Origin: Octopus sinensis | Taxonomy: Eukaryota | Assembly: GCF_006345805.1 (NCBI RefSeq) | Contig: NC_043015.1 | Span: forward strand, 2,294,001 to 2,358,000 | Reading direction: 5' to 3' | Length of the DNA: 64,000 nucleotides | The notes under the pieces: model-generated | Seen by the model: the letters and a program-made list of their open reading frames with translations, nothing else | Told to the model about the DNA's origin: nothing | Database searches by the model: none | In this document: positions 58,423 to 64,000 of the stretch, one piece after another | How positions within the stretch are numbered: position 1 is the stretch's first letter | How the letters are laid out: each line of letters starts with the position of its first letter | Program-made: the position numbers and the translations under genes

Positions 58423-58848
58423 ATATTTTTTAAATGTCTTACTTTGAAAAATTGCATTCGGTGGGATTAGTAATATTTTTGGTAGAAATGACTAATTGTC
58501 CCTCTTAGCGTGTGGCATGTATGTATAATGCTCTCTAGCATGTATGTATAATGCCCTCTATATATAAATTAATATGTTCAATAAGAAATAATTATTTTCG
58601 AAATTTATTCTCTTATGAGGTTTTCACGCTATCTACCTGACAATTTCTTGTTAAGTTTTCCTTATTAAGTAGTTGTCTTAATTGCTAAATTTTTATTCCG
58701 AAAAAACTTTTCCTCTCCCGAAATGCAATTCGTAAAAGTATGCCATTTACAGGATGTAATATATGTAAACTCACCCATGTGCTTCGTTGATGTTGATCAG
58801 TTAGCTGATCGGCTAAGCGGGGCAGGGTCGTTTATTTATGATACATTC

Positions 58849-58896
58849 AGGCCTGCTGATGAATACGTAAGTATGAAATCACTGTGATACAGGTCT
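58849..58896 (+). ncRNA. Type I hammerhead ribozyme (intact core, tandem copy 2)
   Basis: Identical to the 58375-58422 motif; predicted cleavage after A58889. Confidence 0.9.
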
Positions 58897-59159
58897 ATAT
58901 TTTTTAAATGTCTTACTTTGAAAAATTGCATTCGGTGGGATTAGTAATATTTTTGGTAGAAATGACTAATTGTCCCTCTTAGCGTGTGGCATGTATGTAT
59001 AATGCTCTCTGGCATGTATGTATAATGCCCTCTATATATAAATTAATATGTTCAATAAGAAATAATATTTTCGAAATTTATTCTCTTATGCGGTTTTCAC
59101 GCTATCTACCTGGCAATTTCTTGTTAAGTTTTCCTTATTAAGTAGTTGTCCTTAAATGC

Positions 59160-59209
<50 letters not shown>

Positions 59210-59781
59210 ACACTTTGTTATATTAAGTCTCATTTTATGATAAACATTTGTATGTCTAATACGTATTGTAATTCTCGTCCGAAATGAGTGATTATTTGCA
59301 ATGACAGTGGCATTACGCATTAATGTAAGAACCAAATTTCAATTTAGACTGGAGTAGGTGAGAAGACGTTATAACATTTATTTCACAATACTAACAGATA
59401 ACCAGTCTCTCCGAATTGTAGAAAGCAAACAAGGTAAGCTATTAAGCGTCTTCTTGCCACCTTCATATACCATTAATATATACGAACGAGGCTAGATAAA
59501 TGTCAAACAATAGGTGTAAATGTAACTTATATGAGTTTTAATGTATATGTATTAGAAAACCCATTCTATGAAATTGATGTAAGGACCGTGGTTACATACA
59601 ATGTGTTCGAAAATTAATAGAATAAAAATGTAGACGAAGGATTGAGTTTATGGTAAGTACTATGCTTTCCATTCACATGGTTCCAATGCCATTCAACTGC
59701 GTGCCGTCTGGGGCAATGCCCTCCATTATCGCCTTGTGAATTGATTTGGCAGACGGAAAGTGAAAGAAGGGTTTTGCATAT

Positions 59782-59842
<61 letters not shown>

Positions 59843-59870
59843 TATATATATGTGTGTGTGTGTCTATATA

Positions 59871-59929
<59 letters not shown>

Positions 59930-60334
59930 GCGCAGGAGTTGCTGTGTGGTAAGTAGCTTGCTAAACAACCACATGGTTCTGGGTTCAGTCCCACTGCGTG
60001 GCATCTTGGGAAAGTGTCTTCTGCTATAGCCCCGGGCGACCAATGCCTTGTGAGTGGATTTGGTAGACGGAAACTAAAAGAAGCCTGTCGTATATATGTA
60101 TGTATATATATATATGTATGTGTGTGTGTTTGTGTGTCTGTGTTTGTCCCCCTAGCATTGCTTGACAACCGATGCTGGTGTGTTTACGTCCCCGTCACTT
60201 AGCGGTTCGGCAAAAGAGACTGATAGAATAAGTACTGGGCTTACAAAGAATAAGTCCCGGGGTCAATTTGCTCGAATAAAGGCGGTGCTCCAGCATGGCC
60301 GCAGTCAAATGACTTAAACAAGTAAAAAAAGAGT
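59930..60334 (+). mobile_element. tRNA-derived SINE family B
   Basis: A box TTGCTGTGTGG, B box GGTTCAGTCCC, internal microsatellite, conserved tail. Confidence 0.8.
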
Positions 60335-60853
60335 ATATATATACGTGTGTGTGTCGCTTAGACATTAAATTGTCAACTCATTTATGTATTTACTGAAATT
60401 GCAATTACAAGAATATATATACATGTATAACATATTATGCTTTACATATAAGATATAAAATATAGTAATATATAAGGATACCAGTAATTATTAAGATATA
60501 ACATACAATCATATAAATATTTTAATAATTACTCGTATCCTTATATATTAACATATTATATCTGTAAAGCATATGTTATACATGTATGTCTATTCTTGTA
60601 ATTGTCATTTTAGTAAATAAATAAATAAGTTGACATAATATAATATCTAAAATTTGATGAACCACCTCTTGATCCCCTCCATTTTCTTATTGCACTATAA
60701 AATCATGATAAAATTATCTCCTTATCTTCACCCATTTAGTACGCTCGGTAATGTAATTGTAATATAATTAAAACGCAATTGTGTATTCTACCAGCAGTAT
60801 ATGGATAGATATTATCCCTTAGCTGGTTGGATTCACAATCTCTAACTTTCTGG

Positions 60854-60947
<94 letters not shown>

Positions 60948-61277
60948 AATCATATATATATATATAAACATATATATATATTCATATATATATGTATGTA
61001 TTTATGTATATGTATGTATATTATTATTCTGTTAATTGATTCAGGCATTTCACTGCGGTCATGCTGGAGCACCCCCCCCCTTTAGTCGAAAAGCTCGACC
61101 CCAAGACTTATTCTCTCTAAACGAAGTACTTTTTCTACCTGTATCTTTAGCTGAACTACTTGGTGGCGGGTACATAAATATACCAAGAACGGTTGTCAAA
61201 TTATGGTGTGGGAACAAACACACAGACACACATTTCCATACACTTATTCTTACTGACATATATACTATGGCCACTAC

Positions 61278-61340
<63 letters not shown>

Positions 61341-61432
61341 AAGTTAATCCAAACATGAAAACACAACAACGTAACGACGTGGAACAAGTATAGTGTTATT
61401 GGACGTTCAGGAAAGGAGAGAAAGAAGGATGA

Positions 61433-61466
61433 TTTAACCTTTCGAGCGGAGCTCTTCGTCAGAAAC
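61433..61466 (-). ncRNA. Degenerate minimal hammerhead (extra-A type)
   Basis: Reverse complement reads GTTT CTGACGA A GAGC-TCC-GCTC GAAA GG TT AAAT. Confidence 0.55.
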
Positions 61467-62706
61467 GTAGGAAAAGGAAAGATTCAAGGAAGGGAAGACA
61501 GATGAAAAAGATCGCCAACGATACACATGCGGTCACATTTTGAATATATATCTTTGCTTAGGTAGGTACTGTATGAAATAAGGCATGCTCCGAACTGAAG
61601 GCCTTGAAATCATCGTTTGCCGTACTAACGTAGTTATAATTCGAATACAGATGAGCCCTACTTAAGGGGTGTCTTTCATAATTTACCTCATGTCGCATTA
61701 GAATACTTTCGAATGATATTTTTGTCAGTAGGATAAACTGAAGACAGATGAATTTCACGAAGGTGATTTTTTTATATACATATCATGTACTTCCACAACA
61801 CACTTTCTCTCTTCCTCTCTCACTGTCTTTCTCACCCCCTCACTCTCTCTTTTTCTCTTTCCCTCTTTCACCCACTTTCTCACTGTCTCTGTTTCCGTTT
61901 CGCGCTCTTTAACTCTGACCCTTACCACCCGTGGGATATAATCACACGCCCTACAAAATCAAGATAAATGAAGCTAAATGTGTTTTCAAAGATGAGTTTT
62001 TTTTTTGTGATGTTTTTTTTTTTGTTCGAAAACGTTTTATTTCGAGTAATCATGATTTATTAACGAAGAACATTATCTTATGACAGGAACATTATTAGTT
62101 TAACATTGATGCATCTCCAAAGAAATGCACACAGTATTTAGTGAACTGCAATATAGACTGTAACAAGAAGAGATACTATAGCTCAAAGGCAACATAACGC
62201 TAGTTCGTTTTCTTTGTCTATGGCGTTCCTAGATTTTCTTATTGCACTGCCTTAATTTTCTAACGTTATCTATTGTTAGCCATAAAAACACACATTTCGA
62301 GTTATTAGAAAATAATGTGACACAATTCTTCGGGAAAAATTTTCCCTTCATATTCACGTTTCTGTTCTGTTTAACTTTATACTAAAAGCGTTACACGTAA
62401 CAGTCCTTGGAGAGGAAATTTAGCTTCAATTCTAACATATTTAATAGGATTTCGTTGTGTAAATGATCCAAGATATCCCAAATACGACATACTCTATTTG
62501 ACGTCTTGCATGGTATAAGCTAATGGACCATTATGTATATCATAGATCGACGTGTTATAATAAAAGTCACATCTCTATGAAACAAATCATACTACCCATA
62601 TTACAGGGGAATGGATATTAGAGGGAGTAGTTTTGAATTTAGAAACGCATGTTATAAAGAATTTTAAACCTGCTCACAACGGAGCTGAACCGTAGCTAAT
62701 CAGTAC

Positions 62707-62940
62707 CTATTTCTGTACTACCCACAAGGGGCTAAACACGGAAGGAACAAACAAGGACAGAGAACCAGATTAAGTCAATTATATGAACCCCTGTGTGTAT
62801 CTGGTACTTAATTTATCGACCCCGAAATGATGAAGTGCAAAGTCGACCTCGGCGGAATTTGAACTCACAACGTAATGGCAGACTAAATACCACTGAGCAT
62901 TTCGCCCGGCGTGTTAACGTTTCTGCCAGCTCGCCGCCTT
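62707..62940 (-). mobile_element. tRNA-derived SINE family A
   Basis: Full-length reverse-complement copy. Confidence 0.8.
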
Positions 62941-62989
62941 TCAGTACCACCAAAGGAAACCATCAAGCCATTACACACCATCATGCCTG

Positions 62990-63394
62990 CTCTTTTACTT
63001 GTTTCAGTCATTTGACTGCGGCCTTGTTGGAGCACCGCCTTTTAGTAAAGCAAATCGAACCCAGGCCTTATTTTTCGTAAGCCTAGTGCTTATTCTATCT
63101 GTCTCGATTGCCGAACCGCTAAGTTACAGTGACGTAAACACACCATCATCTGTTGTCAAGTGATACTGGGGGAGGAGGAGGACGAACTAAGACACACAAA
63201 CACACACACATATATACATATACGTATATACGACGGACTTCTTTCAGTTTCCGTCTACCAAATCAGCTTAGTAGGCTTTAGTCGGCCAGATGCTATAGTA
63301 TAAGACACGTGCACAAGATGCCACGCAGTGGAACAGAACCCAGAACCATGTGGTTATTCAATAAGCTACTTACCACACAGCCACTCCTGCGCCT
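62990..63394 (-). mobile_element. tRNA-derived SINE family B
   Basis: Full-length reverse-complement copy. Confidence 0.8.
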
Positions 63395-64000
63395 ATGCTA
63401 CTTACCACACTGCTCCTATGCATGATCACTATCTTAAAATTTAGATCAGAATTGTAAAGCTATTACTACAATTGAATTTGAACTCCTTCGGAAATCCATG
63501 TAACTTTCTTTAGCGTCTTGCGCTGTCCAAATCGTTTTCACATAATGAAGTAGGCCCAATTCATTTGTTTGATGACAAAAGTAGCTGCAATTTTTTTCCT
63601 TTTGAGACCAACCTTGCTCATTAAAGACACAACTGATATATCATACAAAAATAAATATACATATCTCAAAAATGAATAGACACCACGTCGTTGCTGAAAG
63701 TTTTATTTGTTCGTTGAGTATTTGCTGGTTGAAGAAGAGTTTGTGTTCTAACTGCCTGCTCTGTTACAGTAGCAAAGTTGATGTCATGGAAGTACTCCGA
63801 ATCATTTGGGGATTATTTTTAGTTATCTGCTTCACACATCTTCTACACCCATCAGAGGAGTTAAGTCAATCTGATTGGAACATTGTTATTGCCTTTACTT
63901 TGCTGATGAATTGCACAATCACTTTGCTTGCCGTGGAAAGTGTTGTTCTAAAGATTCGTGCAATCTTAGACTGGATACGCCGCCTCAAAATAGCCCACAA

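Larger units (their letters stand above)
57989..59164. mobile_element. HHR-bearing 474-nt unit array: inverted partial copy (57989-58315) plus about 1.8 direct copies (58318-58792, 58793-59164); retrozyme-like or solo PLE pLTR
   Basis: Near-identical copies read directly from the sequence; no sizeable ORF; flanked on both sides by (TA)n. Confidence 0.8.

Noticed and set aside
63895-63955. CTGATGA…GAAA…TC TAAAG hammerhead-like spacing
   Set aside because: Stem II is not adjacent to the core and stem III is only G-U pairs.

Overview
AT-rich animal non-genic DNA, saturated with microsatellites, with one 100-N scaffold gap. The repeat families resemble octopus repeats (recognised from recall, not searched). 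I can support no host protein-coding gene; nearly all listed ORFs are microsatellite artefacts. Recognisable content: a 5'-truncated Penelope-like retroelement (PLE; RT plus GIY-YIG) with inverted pseudo-LTRs (28.8-32.4 kb); a second, decayed PLE (49-50 kb); a CR1-group LINE (40.4-42.1 kb) plus a fragment; R4/Dong-like (REL-type) LINE remnants; two non-autonomous Helitron-like elements; and many tRNA-derived SINEs from three families. The main unexplained signal is about 13 type I hammerhead ribozyme (HHR) motifs from about 7 sequence families, most next to (TA)n tracts. These include a very young 474-nt tandem-plus-inverted HHR array at 58-59 kb (retrozyme-like or pLTR-like) and a U3-A8 compensatory core variant in the PLE pseudo-LTRs. 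All structures were folded by eye; activity is untested.
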